Part shown: piece after piece, positions 21,830-29,304 of the stretch
Position numbering within the stretch: position 1 is the stretch's first letter
How the letters are laid out: every line of letters starts with the position of its first letter
Notes under the pieces: generated by a model
What the model was told of the DNA's origin: nothing
The model's input: the letters and a program-made list of their open reading frames with translations, nothing else
Database searches by the model: none
Program-made: the position numbers and the translations under genes
Source of the DNA: Sanchytrium tribonematis
Lineage: Eukaryota
Direction: 5' to 3'
Assembly: GCA_018985235.1 (NCBI GenBank)
Contig: JADGIG010000001.1
Coordinates: 62,001-91,304, forward strand
Length of the DNA stretch: 29,304 bases

Positions 21830-22423
21830 TCACAATTTATTGATTTCGTTTCTCATTCTTACAGTTTCTGAACGCCATTCGTCCGCTAACAGACGATTTT
21901 TAGGGTTCAATTTAAATTGCGCTAATTTTTCATCCCTGGCAGCATTTCTTAGTTGTCTTATAGCATTTCTAGCCTTGAGTGCCGATGTAACTGGTCCATC
22001 TTTATATTCTTGAAATGTTGGTATATCTGAAGTTTCAGTTAATGTTCTCTCGACTCGTTTTCTTCCAGTAGAAGGAATCGAGGAATGAATCGAAATCGAG
22101 GTTTCTGATTTAGCATCATATTGCTTAAGTTGTGGATATATATCCATAACAACAGCGCAAATCACATCATTTAAATATTTTAGATGCAATAAATCTTTCT
22201 TTACAACTAGTTTAGCGTCTATGTGTGACAAATCTAGTTGGGTAAGAACACTTAAAAAGTCGATTATCATTTGCATTGATTGTATTGGGTCTAGGGATGC
22301 TTTAAATTTAATTTGTAAAATGTCTTCCAATAATAATAGCCATAATGTAGAAGGAACGTCTCTCAAATGATAAATATAAATTGGCCAGTTGAAATACTCA
22401 AATATCGAATTCAATAAAAGCAT
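21830..22423 (-). CDS. DUF5745 / CEP95 N-terminal-like domain protein
   Basis: I..L.D....W..L.E.IL...MQMIIDFL...LDLSHI....VVK.D...LK.L resembles the CEP95 N-terminal domain. The start is uncertain (first in-frame ATG is 22423). Confidence 0.6.
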   Translation of the reverse strand: MLLLNSIFEYFNWPIYIYHLRDVPSTLWLLLLEDILQIKFKASLDPIQSMQMIIDFLSVLTQLDLSHIDAKLVVKKDLLHLKYLNDVICAVVMDIYPQLKQYDAKSETSISIHSSIPSTGRKRVERTLTETSDIPTFQEYKDGPVTSALKARNAIRQLRNAARDEKLAQFKLNPKNRLLADEWRSETVRMRNEINKL

Positions 22424-22606
22424 CGCGTTCCAAAAATATTTCTGAGCCAACTTTTCCTGGTTATGAAACCATGAAATACAAATCTGGAATAATCAACAAT
22501 TTAAATTTGAATGAACTGTGCTTGACTTAACCTTGGATGAAGATCATTTAATTGTAGCCCAAATAGATATGCCCAGTCTTGTAGATTAATTCAATCTCCT
22601 TGAAAT

Positions 22607-24385
22607 ATGTTTACTTTGTTTGCAGACATAGACGATAGTTTGCCCTCGACCAGCATGACGGGTTACCAAATTTATTTTGTGGAAGAGTTTGTTTGTCAGC
22701 AGTTACAATTCAAAAGTATTTTGATTTACACTGGAAACAACCAAGATGAAGTGAAATTATATCAATACCCGATTAGCAACAAAGTTCCACATATTTCCAA
22801 TTTACCCAATATTCAAATGAAAAAGACTGAATACGGAAATCTTTTTTATTTTGAATTTCATCAAGTAGGATTAAAAATTATTCATAGTCAGACTTTTGAT
22901 CTTGACTTAATGCACCAACATATTACTCTTCAAAAATTTGGGATAATTGACAAGCTTCCGTTTGCATTAAAGCCAATATCCGAGTCAGTTGTTACTAAAT
23001 TAAACCATATGTACAAATTGCAAGCAACTACGACAAATTATAAATCATTTTTACATTTAATGCTACAAATATTATCATCAGCAATCAAGGCATTTGGCAT
23101 AAGTATACCGGTATGTTCATTTTTCAGCAACTCATTATTGAATTCGTATCAAGCCTGTCTCACATTGTTGAATGTTCCTTTAACGTTGATAATCTCCCCT
23201 AAATATTTTTCCTTAATAGTTTCGAAAGTTTTAGGATACAGAAACAAGCTCAACTTGCTGCTAAAAGATGTCACTAAAGACCCGTTCATAGACATTGAAA
23301 ATCTTCTTAAGGCCATATCCAGTTTTCAAAAAAGCAAAGATCTTTATAGATCAGGATATCTTGATATTAAGACAATGAAGCAAATAGACTTGTCATATCA
23401 AAAGCACAAGGAAAGGCACATACCAAATAAAATAAAATCCAAACTCGAGGATCTTAGCGGGATTCAGCAAAAGATTTTATTTGTTTCCGTTGATTCTATT
23501 GAAGAGCTTCTGGAATATCAACTAGGGGAAAAGTTAGGATTGCTATGGTCAAAGGAAGAAAAAGAAGTTGAAGGATTGCTTAAAGGCGGAAAAGAATTTG
23601 GGAAGTCGTTAATCAAAAATGTTCAATCAAAGACCCTTATTTCAGACGGTGAGAGAGTTCTTTCTATCAGTCATCCCCTAAACCCGCTAAGCAAGAAAAG
23701 AAAAAGCTCAACCAAGAGCTCTGATATACCAGAATCTCCACGATTGCAAGAACCGAGGCGTGTGGCCGAAATACAAACAAGCAATGATCAGAATCACTAT
23801 GAAATTTACGAACTAAGTTTACTAAAAATGAAAGCAAAGTCAACAGAAAACTTAGTACTGGTCAACAAGGCACTTCGAAGAACATTTTCTGAGACAGATT
23901 TACAATTATTATATGCAGCAAAAAGTGAAAGTCAAGATGCTCTTTTGCTAAATGAAGTGAATGATTTATTCCAAGTATTAAACTCTAAGGAGTCGGCTTT
24001 AGAAGATAATTTGAGATCGCTTCAGCAACTTGAGCTTGAATTACAAACAGAAAAAGATGCTCTTTTAAAGAAATGTGATTCGAAAAAGTCAATTATAGAT
24101 GGATATGAGTCTGTGGTAAATGCACTGCTTAGTACTCAAAATAAAATTTCTAAGAATTCAGAAGAAAATGGGAAGCGATTAAATCAAGCGAAAAAAGAAA
24201 TGCAACAATTTGAAATGCAACTAAGCAAAGTTGAAGACACAATAAGCATTCTTTCTAGTAAAATTGCTGACAACGCAGAAACTGAAAAAAAGCTTATCGA
24301 ATCGGCTAAGCCTGTTTCCTTGATTTCGACCATTATAAAATGGAGTGTGAATATGTTTTACAACAGCCAAAAGTCACCGAAATAA
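22607..24385 (+). CDS. Stb6/Stb2-like protein with C-terminal coiled coil
   Basis: GYQIYFVEEFVC...ILIYTGN, TEYGNLF, SKVLGYRNKL and KDPF resemble the fungal STB6 family. Confidence 0.75.
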   Translation: MFTLFADIDDSLPSTSMTGYQIYFVEEFVCQQLQFKSILIYTGNNQDEVKLYQYPISNKVPHISNLPNIQMKKTEYGNLFYFEFHQVGLKIIHSQTFDLDLMHQHITLQKFGIIDKLPFALKPISESVVTKLNHMYKLQATTTNYKSFLHLMLQILSSAIKAFGISIPVCSFFSNSLLNSYQACLTLLNVPLTLIISPKYFSLIVSKVLGYRNKLNLLLKDVTKDPFIDIENLLKAISSFQKSKDLYRSGYLDIKTMKQIDLSYQKHKERHIPNKIKSKLEDLSGIQQKILFVSVDSIEELLEYQLGEKLGLLWSKEEKEVEGLLKGGKEFGKSLIKNVQSKTLISDGERVLSISHPLNPLSKKRKSSTKSSDIPESPRLQEPRRVAEIQTSNDQNHYEIYELSLLKMKAKSTENLVLVNKALRRTFSETDLQLLYAAKSESQDALLLNEVNDLFQVLNSKESALEDNLRSLQQLELELQTEKDALLKKCDSKKSIIDGYESVVNALLSTQNKISKNSEENGKRLNQAKKEMQQFEMQLSKVEDTISILSSKIADNAETEKKLIESAKPVSLISTIIKWSVNMFYNSQKSPK

Positions 24386-24407
24386 ATTTTGTGTTTACAA
24401 AAGGGGG

Positions 24408-25253
24408 ATGGAAAATATTCGACGACCTCTGGAACTTTACTCAAAGAATTATGCTTTGCATGAAGTGTACAACCCATGTCAATCAAATGGATATTATCTT
24501 CGTGACAAACATCAAGAATTAATTATGATTAGAAACCGTACATCAACCATTGATGGACCCCTATTTTACATTATTGGACAAGAAGGTGTAGAATTAAAAT
24601 TAATAGATATTTTTGGGCGATTAAAATGCCCTGGCTGTTGTACAAATCATAAATCGTTTAAAGACTTAACGGACCATGTGAGATTATCCTTTGTGGGGAA
24701 AGCCAAACTGATTGATTTGGGTGTGGATGTTGTTTTAGCAATTTTCTCTTATAAAGATTCCAGAAATTATTGGTCATGTGCGGAATGTGTCAGACCTACG
24801 GGAAAGCTAGAGCTTGAGGTCATTCCTATACCTATACCATCAGCTGTGAACCCTGTTTATCGATACAAGACGTACTTGAACATCAAAAACGCTTGGAATA
24901 ATGCCTTTAATAATTTTTGTGGAGAAAAAAATGAAAATTTTTATGCTGATCCTAGGGCTTTATTAATTCACATCTACTCAGTGTCTATGGATACTATTTT
25001 GAGTCAATTACACATTCCAACTTCGAAGCCTACAAATTCTTTCATATTTATTTTGTTGACATGCCACATTGGAGTAATGTTGGTTGAATTAGATTTTTTA
25101 AAATATTACAAAATTTTACTTTTGGAATTATACTCTAAGAGAATGATCAGCCTTAAATACGTTGAAGAATGTATAAAGATATTATCAGCTGTTAAAAGCT
25201 TCACTTTGCCATGTAAAGATGAAGATTATAGAAAAAAAACTAAATATATGTAG
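24408..25253 (+). CDS. Hypothetical protein with CxxC motifs (possible zinc binding)
   Basis: 281-aa ORF with CPGC-x12-H and CAEC. No family recognised. Confidence 0.6.
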   Translation: MENIRRPLELYSKNYALHEVYNPCQSNGYYLRDKHQELIMIRNRTSTIDGPLFYIIGQEGVELKLIDIFGRLKCPGCCTNHKSFKDLTDHVRLSFVGKAKLIDLGVDVVLAIFSYKDSRNYWSCAECVRPTGKLELEVIPIPIPSAVNPVYRYKTYLNIKNAWNNAFNNFCGEKNENFYADPRALLIHIYSVSMDTILSQLHIPTSKPTNSFIFILLTCHIGVMLVELDFLKYYKILLLELYSKRMISLKYVEECIKILSAVKSFTLPCKDEDYRKKTKYM

Positions 25254-26280
25254 CAACTTTTCGAAGTTTCTTTACGGGTCCTTCAGTAAATTGTATGGCT
25301 TCTTCTTTCTTTGGCACGTTTGTCAATCTTGAGACTGCTTGCAAACTAACATATTCTAAAGCAAAAAATTTTGATGGCATTGGAGGAGATCTTTCGTAAA
25401 CAGACCGACCATCCACGATAAATTTAAGGGAAGCGCTTGAGTCGCTATGTAATTCAAAATTATATTTTTCTTTATGTAATGATATAAATAGTAGAGTCGA
25501 GGACGTTTTGCTTGTATGAGTACCCAATTCAGTCACCTCTAGCAAATTGTCTGGAATGCCTTTTTTCAAAAACTGAGGATTCAACTTTAAAAAATCAAGA
25601 GCCTCGCTTGCTAAAGTTGTAGCACAGTAAAATTTGTTTTTTAGAGTAGAAGTGAATCGCTTCGAAGCAATTTGAATATAAGAGAATTTGGCTTCTAAAT
25701 TTATGCTCACTTCTAAATGCCAATACTTAAAATAAAGCTCAAATAATGGATTGTGAGTGGAAAGTATTTCAAGCAAATCTTTTGCACATTTCTCGATATT
25801 ACAAGGTTCAAACGGCGCATGAATCTTCAGGCTTGGTATTTCCAAAAAGTTGGAATCAGTAGTCATTTTAATTCCGATAGCATCACAAAGTGTTTGAAGT
25901 GTACTGAAATGCATAGCACAGGCATTCCCAATTTCGCCATTGTCCATATGATCAATAGAAGTACTACTGTCGGTGTCCTCATTTAAGGCCTGGCGAGACA
26001 ATGATGGCTTATATCTATTGATTTCTTCAGTTAATAAAACTGAAGTGCTTTGAATAATATCTTTTTTGGATTTTCCAAGTTGTATTACATCTAAAACTTT
26101 CAAGCATACATTTGACTTTGATTCCTTCTTAGTTGATCGGACATCCCCATAGACATCTAATTTCAATTGCTGTATTGTAGCTTTACATATAAATCCATTT
26201 TCAAATGGGGTAATTGCAAACAATATATTGTACTTATTTTTTTGGCAATATTCATTGAGCTTTATTTTAAGTATTGGCAT
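25240..26280 (-). CDS. dsRNA-binding-motif (dsRBD) protein, probably with additional degenerate dsRBDs
   Basis: KIKLNEYCQK...GFICKATI...YGDVRSTKKESKSNVCLKVL is a recognisable dsRBD. Later segments (NPLFEL...TLASEALDFL; FIVDGRSVY...SKFFALEYVSLQAVSRL) look like degenerate copies. Confidence 0.75.
   Translation of the reverse strand: MPILKIKLNEYCQKNKYNILFAITPFENGFICKATIQQLKLDVYGDVRSTKKESKSNVCLKVLDVIQLGKSKKDIIQSTSVLLTEEINRYKPSLSRQALNEDTDSSTSIDHMDNGEIGNACAMHFSTLQTLCDAIGIKMTTDSNFLEIPSLKIHAPFEPCNIEKCAKDLLEILSTHNPLFELYFKYWHLEVSINLEAKFSYIQIASKRFTSTLKNKFYCATTLASEALDFLKLNPQFLKKGIPDNLLEVTELGTHTSKTSSTLLFISLHKEKYNFELHSDSSASLKFIVDGRSVYERSPPMPSKFFALEYVSLQAVSRLTNVPKKEEAIQFTEGPVKKLRKVATYI
25698..25742 (+). 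repeat. Left arm of perfect 45-bp inverted repeat (AATTTATGCTCACTTCTAAATGCCAATACTTAAAATAAAGCTCAA)
   Basis: Exact reverse complement of 26255-26299, checked base by base. Confidence 0.95.
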
Positions 26281-26299
26281 TTAGAAGTGAGCATAAATT
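26255..26299 (-). repeat. Right arm of perfect 45-bp inverted repeat; spans the TAA-ATG junction at 26283-26278
   Basis: TTGAGCTTTATTTTAAGTATTGGCATTTAGAAGTGAGCATAAATT on the + strand, with a 512-nt spacer to the left arm. Confidence 0.95.
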
Positions 26300-26607
26300 G
26301 AGATCTTTTCAATGGTATTAATTTTTGGATTTTCGTTCCATTTTTCACTCTCACTTTTGAGCCATTTTTTTCCTACCTCGGATTTCATATATTCTAGACC
26401 AAAATTAGATAATATACACTCAATTAGTGTTTCTCGTTCAATAAAGTAACAAGGACTAACGGGTTGACAATAAACCCACAATTGTGCTTTGAATCCACTC
26501 TTAGAATTATTCAACAAGTGTTTTTCCTTTTTAAATTGATAAGGAGCATTAATAGAATTCATAGATACCTCAAAAGATTTAATATCTTCAAAGGTAGCCA
26601 ATTTCAT
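26281..26607 (-). CDS. 108-aa ORF, possibly a degenerate dsRBD, in frame with and directly abutting the dsRBD gene
   Basis: YQF.....GFKAQLWV....E....S..GLEYM has dsRBD-like spacing. The ATG is preceded by CCTTG, like other starts. Confidence 0.55.
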   Translation of the reverse strand: MKLATFEDIKSFEVSMNSINAPYQFKKEKHLLNNSKSGFKAQLWVYCQPVSPCYFIERETLIECILSNFGLEYMKSEVGKKWLKSESEKWNENPKINTIEKISIYAHF

Positions 26608-26652
26608 AATCACAAGGAGAACATAAGAACTTTAGTCAGATCAAATTAAAAT

Positions 26653-27978
26653 TTATTTTCGGTGCACTCGATACGGCTCGAAATTGTTCAACGTAGATGA
26701 GCCAGTAGAAGCACCGCTACTATTGCTATTTAGAGTTCTGTTGGAGGAACTAGTTCCAGCACCTCTGTAATTTCTTGAGGGTCCTGCAGGCCGATTAGTT
26801 CTTCCTGGCCTACTAGAATTTTTGTTTCCTCTAGCATGTCGTGCTGAAGCCGGTGGCAAGTTATAGTCTGAAACATGAGAACTCACCATTGTGTTAATTC
26901 TATCTGACACTTGAGACGACACCATTGTTGGAGTTTGGACATGCGGAACGGGTGGATAACTGCCTTGAGAGAAACTGTAGTCAAAACTTTTCGCTTGGTT
27001 GGATGGATGAGGAGAATAACCAGGATCATAACCCACTATGTGTTCCTCCACATATCCGACATCTGGCAAAGTTGCCTCAAAATTCTCAGAAGCAATAGAG
27101 CTTGACGTTTCTAGGCCTAATAGTTTTTTCTTTTGCTCATTTGCTAGCATTCTTTTCTTTCTTTTGTGCAAGATCTGAGTGATTCTCTTATCGATTTTGT
27201 GAGTAGCATAGCCGCGAACTGAACCTTGGATATATGTAGTTATGAGCGGTATATATATAGCAATTGCGGTTAAAAACCTCAGTATACTCAAAAACCACAG
27301 AAAAACAGTAAATATAGAACCATATGTCGACAATATTTCAAACTTCAACCCATTTTTTAATTGTGTCGCTTCGGAAAACATATTAGAAAAACTACCGCTT
27401 TGCTGATATAGCGCAAATATAGACACTATATTCAGTATACGACGTGGAGTCTCCGCTGCTGTAAATTTCCAATTTTTAAACGAAAAAAACACAAAAAAGG
27501 CTAGATTATCTCTTAATTTTGTACTATTCGATACAACTTGAAAGAAACAAAAATGAGAGTAGCTTCTAATTGAATAATATGTTGAAGCCATTTCTGATGT
27601 GAATGCACTAGCAATATCGCCTGACCTTATAATCTTTTTAGCGTTTCTCCATTCATAAACCAGAAGCGCTGTAGATAAGATAACCGACACAATATACAAA
27701 TACGGTCTATAAATATAAATTTTTAAATTTTCTGCCCATTGTACCTTATTTTCGTTAGATGTATCACCTTCGTCTCTTGAAGCTAGTTGCTTAAAATATA
27801 GATACATAATAAACAAATCCGCTACAAAAACTCCAACGCTTTTGAAAACTAAAGCATAAAGAACGCTGTATTTTATCCGTAGAACGACATTATTTGATTT
27901 GAAATCAGTAATTCGAATATCTGAAAATTTGTGCTCCACTACGTTTTCTTTTTTCCATTTGGCGTCGAAAAATCCCAT
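26653..27978 (-). CDS. KCH1: Fungal low-affinity potassium transporter, Kch1 family
   Basis: EHKFSDIRITDFKS, VFVADLF, ILSTALLVYEW..A..II..G, AFFVFFSF..W...AETPRRILN and HKIDKRI, followed by a disordered tail. Confidence 0.8.
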   Translation of the reverse strand: MGFFDAKWKKENVVEHKFSDIRITDFKSNNVVLRIKYSVLYALVFKSVGVFVADLFIMYLYFKQLASRDEGDTSNENKVQWAENLKIYIYRPYLYIVSVILSTALLVYEWRNAKKIIRSGDIASAFTSEMASTYYSIRSYSHFCFFQVVSNSTKLRDNLAFFVFFSFKNWKFTAAETPRRILNIVSIFALYQQSGSFSNMFSEATQLKNGLKFEILSTYGSIFTVFLWFLSILRFLTAIAIYIPLITTYIQGSVRGYATHKIDKRITQILHKRKKRMLANEQKKKLLGLETSSSIASENFEATLPDVGYVEEHIVGYDPGYSPHPSNQAKSFDYSFSQGSYPPVPHVQTPTMVSSQVSDRINTMVSSHVSDYNLPPASARHARGNKNSSRPGRTNRPAGPSRNYRGAGTSSSNRTLNSNSSGASTGSSTLNNFEPYRVHRK

Positions 27979-28200
27979 TTCTACGAAAGTGTATCTGTTC
28001 TTTTTCACTAAGAGATGACCAATCATTGTCAAAATAGAACTGCTTTATCAGTTTACCACCAATCAGCGAAATATTTCAATTTTATCACAATTCAACTATA
28101 AATCTATGATCTTTTAGCAGTCCCATTCTCTGTCCCACCATTTTAATAAAAGTAGAATTTTATCATTTGTGCGATCAAATGGCTCGAAACAACTTCTCCA

Positions 28201-28698
28201 ATGAATTTTTTCAAATATAATTTTTTACCCGACTCTTTAAATATGAATCGAATAACCGGCGAAGTTAAGCAAAAGAAACTAATTTGGAATGATGGGGAAG
28301 AAAATTATTCCTTTAGTATCGATAAAGAAGTGAACCCGCAAAATGAGTATGTATTGTTAAAGAACAAAAAGAGCGGAAAATTTATATTGCAAAAAATAGA
28401 TATATCCAGAACACTTAGATATGATAGAAACGTCATAAAGAGGTCACCTTCGCCATACAAGCATTTAGATGGCTCTCCAACTTTTTCTTCTCTTTCGGCA
28501 CGCACGGGTTTATCTCTAACTCCAACTTTGATTGAAGAGGAAATCTTATCGCCGCCTGTGAAGAAACAAAAAATCGCTGCAAATGGATCTGCGGGTAATT
28601 CTTTACATAGTGCTATTTTCGGTGATGTATTGGAGAAAGAGGTTGGTATTATAGAGGAGGATCTAGCCCCGAAATCTTTAAATGCTATTTATCAATAA
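28201..28698 (+). CDS. ELL-associated factor (EAF) domain protein
   Basis: KYNFLPDSL and EYVLL.NKKSGKFILQKI match the EAF domain pattern (YDFKPASI; CVLIINHDTGEYVLEKL). Confidence 0.7.
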   Translation: MNFFKYNFLPDSLNMNRITGEVKQKKLIWNDGEENYSFSIDKEVNPQNEYVLLKNKKSGKFILQKIDISRTLRYDRNVIKRSPSPYKHLDGSPTFSSLSARTGLSLTPTLIEEEILSPPVKKQKIAANGSAGNSLHSAIFGDVLEKEVGIIEEDLAPKSLNAIYQ

Positions 28699-28758
28699 AA
28701 TGAAGCCCTTGAGACTTTTTTAATGCACAAGATATAGGGGGTATTTCTTGAAACAATA

Positions 28759-29124
28759 ATGTGGCAAAGATATTTTTTCAAGAGATTTCAATCATTAAAA
28801 GCCACAGGTTCAACTCACTGGACCTACGAAAGAGTGTTAAGTGCAGCTCTAATTCCTTCTGTAGGTTTTGCATTGTATACTGGAGAATTGCCAGCTCCTT
28901 TAAATTACATTACAGTCTCAGCCTTAGTACTTCATTGCCATTGGGGCCTAGAGCAAGCTCTGATAGATTACGTACACGTTCGTAAATTTGGCGCAATTGG
29001 GACTAGTGCTTTGTATGCGACCAAAGGTTTATCAGCATTGACGTTGTTGGGAGGTTGGTATCTCTGCGCACATGACATTCCACTTGAAGGACTCAAAGCG
29101 TGGTGGCACAGGAATGATTCCTAA
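28759..29124 (+). CDS. SDH4: Succinate dehydrogenase cytochrome b small subunit (CybS)
   Basis: Short mitochondrial presequence, GSTHWTYERVLS and LHCHWGLEQALIDYV. Confidence 0.93.
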   Translation: MWQRYFFKRFQSLKATGSTHWTYERVLSAALIPSVGFALYTGELPAPLNYITVSALVLHCHWGLEQALIDYVHVRKFGAIGTSALYATKGLSALTLLGGWYLCAHDIPLEGLKAWWHRNDS

Positions 29125-29130
29125 TAAAAT

Positions 29131-29304
29131 TTACTGGGAGAAAATACAAACTGTATCTGTTATTTTAAATACGTTTTCTGTTTCTTCAAAAAATATTCCC
29201 AAATGTAAGTTTTTCTTAATCTCTTTAAAATCATTTAAAAGCAATATGGGATTTGGGGAGTTTCGATTCCTTTCAGGGCGAGGAACATGGCCAAAAAATA
29301 AGCT
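29131..29304 (-). CDS. 3' end of an unidentified gene entering from beyond the window
   Basis: Frame open from the window edge (SLFFGHVPRPERN...DTVCIFSQ) to a TAA in TAAATT, convergent with SDH4. Confidence 0.55.
   Translation of the reverse strand, partial: SLFFGHVPRPERNRNSPNPILLLNDFKEIKKNLHLGIFFEETENVFKITDTVCIFSQ

Noticed and set aside
21796..21833. Intron joining the DUF5745-like ORF to the 21340-21795 ORF
   Set aside because: The only GT..AG candidate is 35 nt, lacks the -6 A and leads to a stop (TTG TCA TGT TAA).
22457..22479. Possible 23-nt intron upstream of the DUF5745-like start (GTATTTCATGGTTTCATAACCAG, - strand)
   Set aside because: The upstream in-frame sequence reaches a stop without an ATG, and the length and CAG end deviate from the other introns. 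Unsupported without cDNA.
25698..26299. Inverted repeat as the termini of a MITE or DNA transposon
   Set aside because: I see no target-site duplication in the flanks, and the interior is continuous dsRBD coding sequence that runs through the left arm. A genome-wide copy search would settle it.
27987..28002. AAGTGTATCTGTTCTT resembles the U2 snRNA branch-pairing region
   Set aside because: It lacks the GTAGTA core, stem I and the surrounding U2 structure. It lies antisense to the KCH1 5' region.
1499..28985. Many short antisense or alternate-frame ORFs in the track (e.g. 1499-1789, 8658-9032, 13476-13763, 21342-21593, 25753-25986, 28761-28985)
   Set aside because: They are nested in well-supported genes and show no recognisable motifs, as expected for shadow ORFs.
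1..29304. Alternative genetic code (TAA/TAG = Gln) as an explanation for split ORFs
   Set aside because: Conserved genes end at TAA, TAG or TGA at expected positions, and the splits involve frame changes that GT-AG introns resolve.
1..29304. CRISPR arrays, tRNA/rRNA genes, prokaryotic operons, transposases
   Set aside because: None seen. The gene content is eukaryotic housekeeping.

Overview
Eukaryotic, AT-rich, extremely gene-dense window: about 24 protein-coding genes in 29.3 kb, many with gaps of only 0-60 nt. The standard genetic code is used (genes end in TAA, TAG and TGA). Gene content combines fungal markers (Spa2, Kch1, Stb6-like, Rav1) with cilium/centriole genes (CFAP20, CEP95/DUF5745-like) and TBCK. 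This points to a compact-genome zoosporic early-diverging fungus or close relative; the lineage is my inference. Three layers of structure are not shown by the ORF track. (1) Seven ultra-short 19-20 nt GT-AG introns share an invariant A at -6, and removing them restores conserved protein motifs. (2) A perfect 45-bp inverted repeat (25698-25742 / 26255-26299) lies inside a gene for a dsRNA-binding-domain protein. One arm covers an in-frame TAA-ATG junction with an upstream dsRBD-like ORF, making it a candidate autoregulatory hairpin, recoding site or DNA inversion switch. (3) A TAAATT motif recurs at stop codons and a TTG(AAA) motif recurs just before start codons. All family calls come from motif recognition by eye; no database searches were run.
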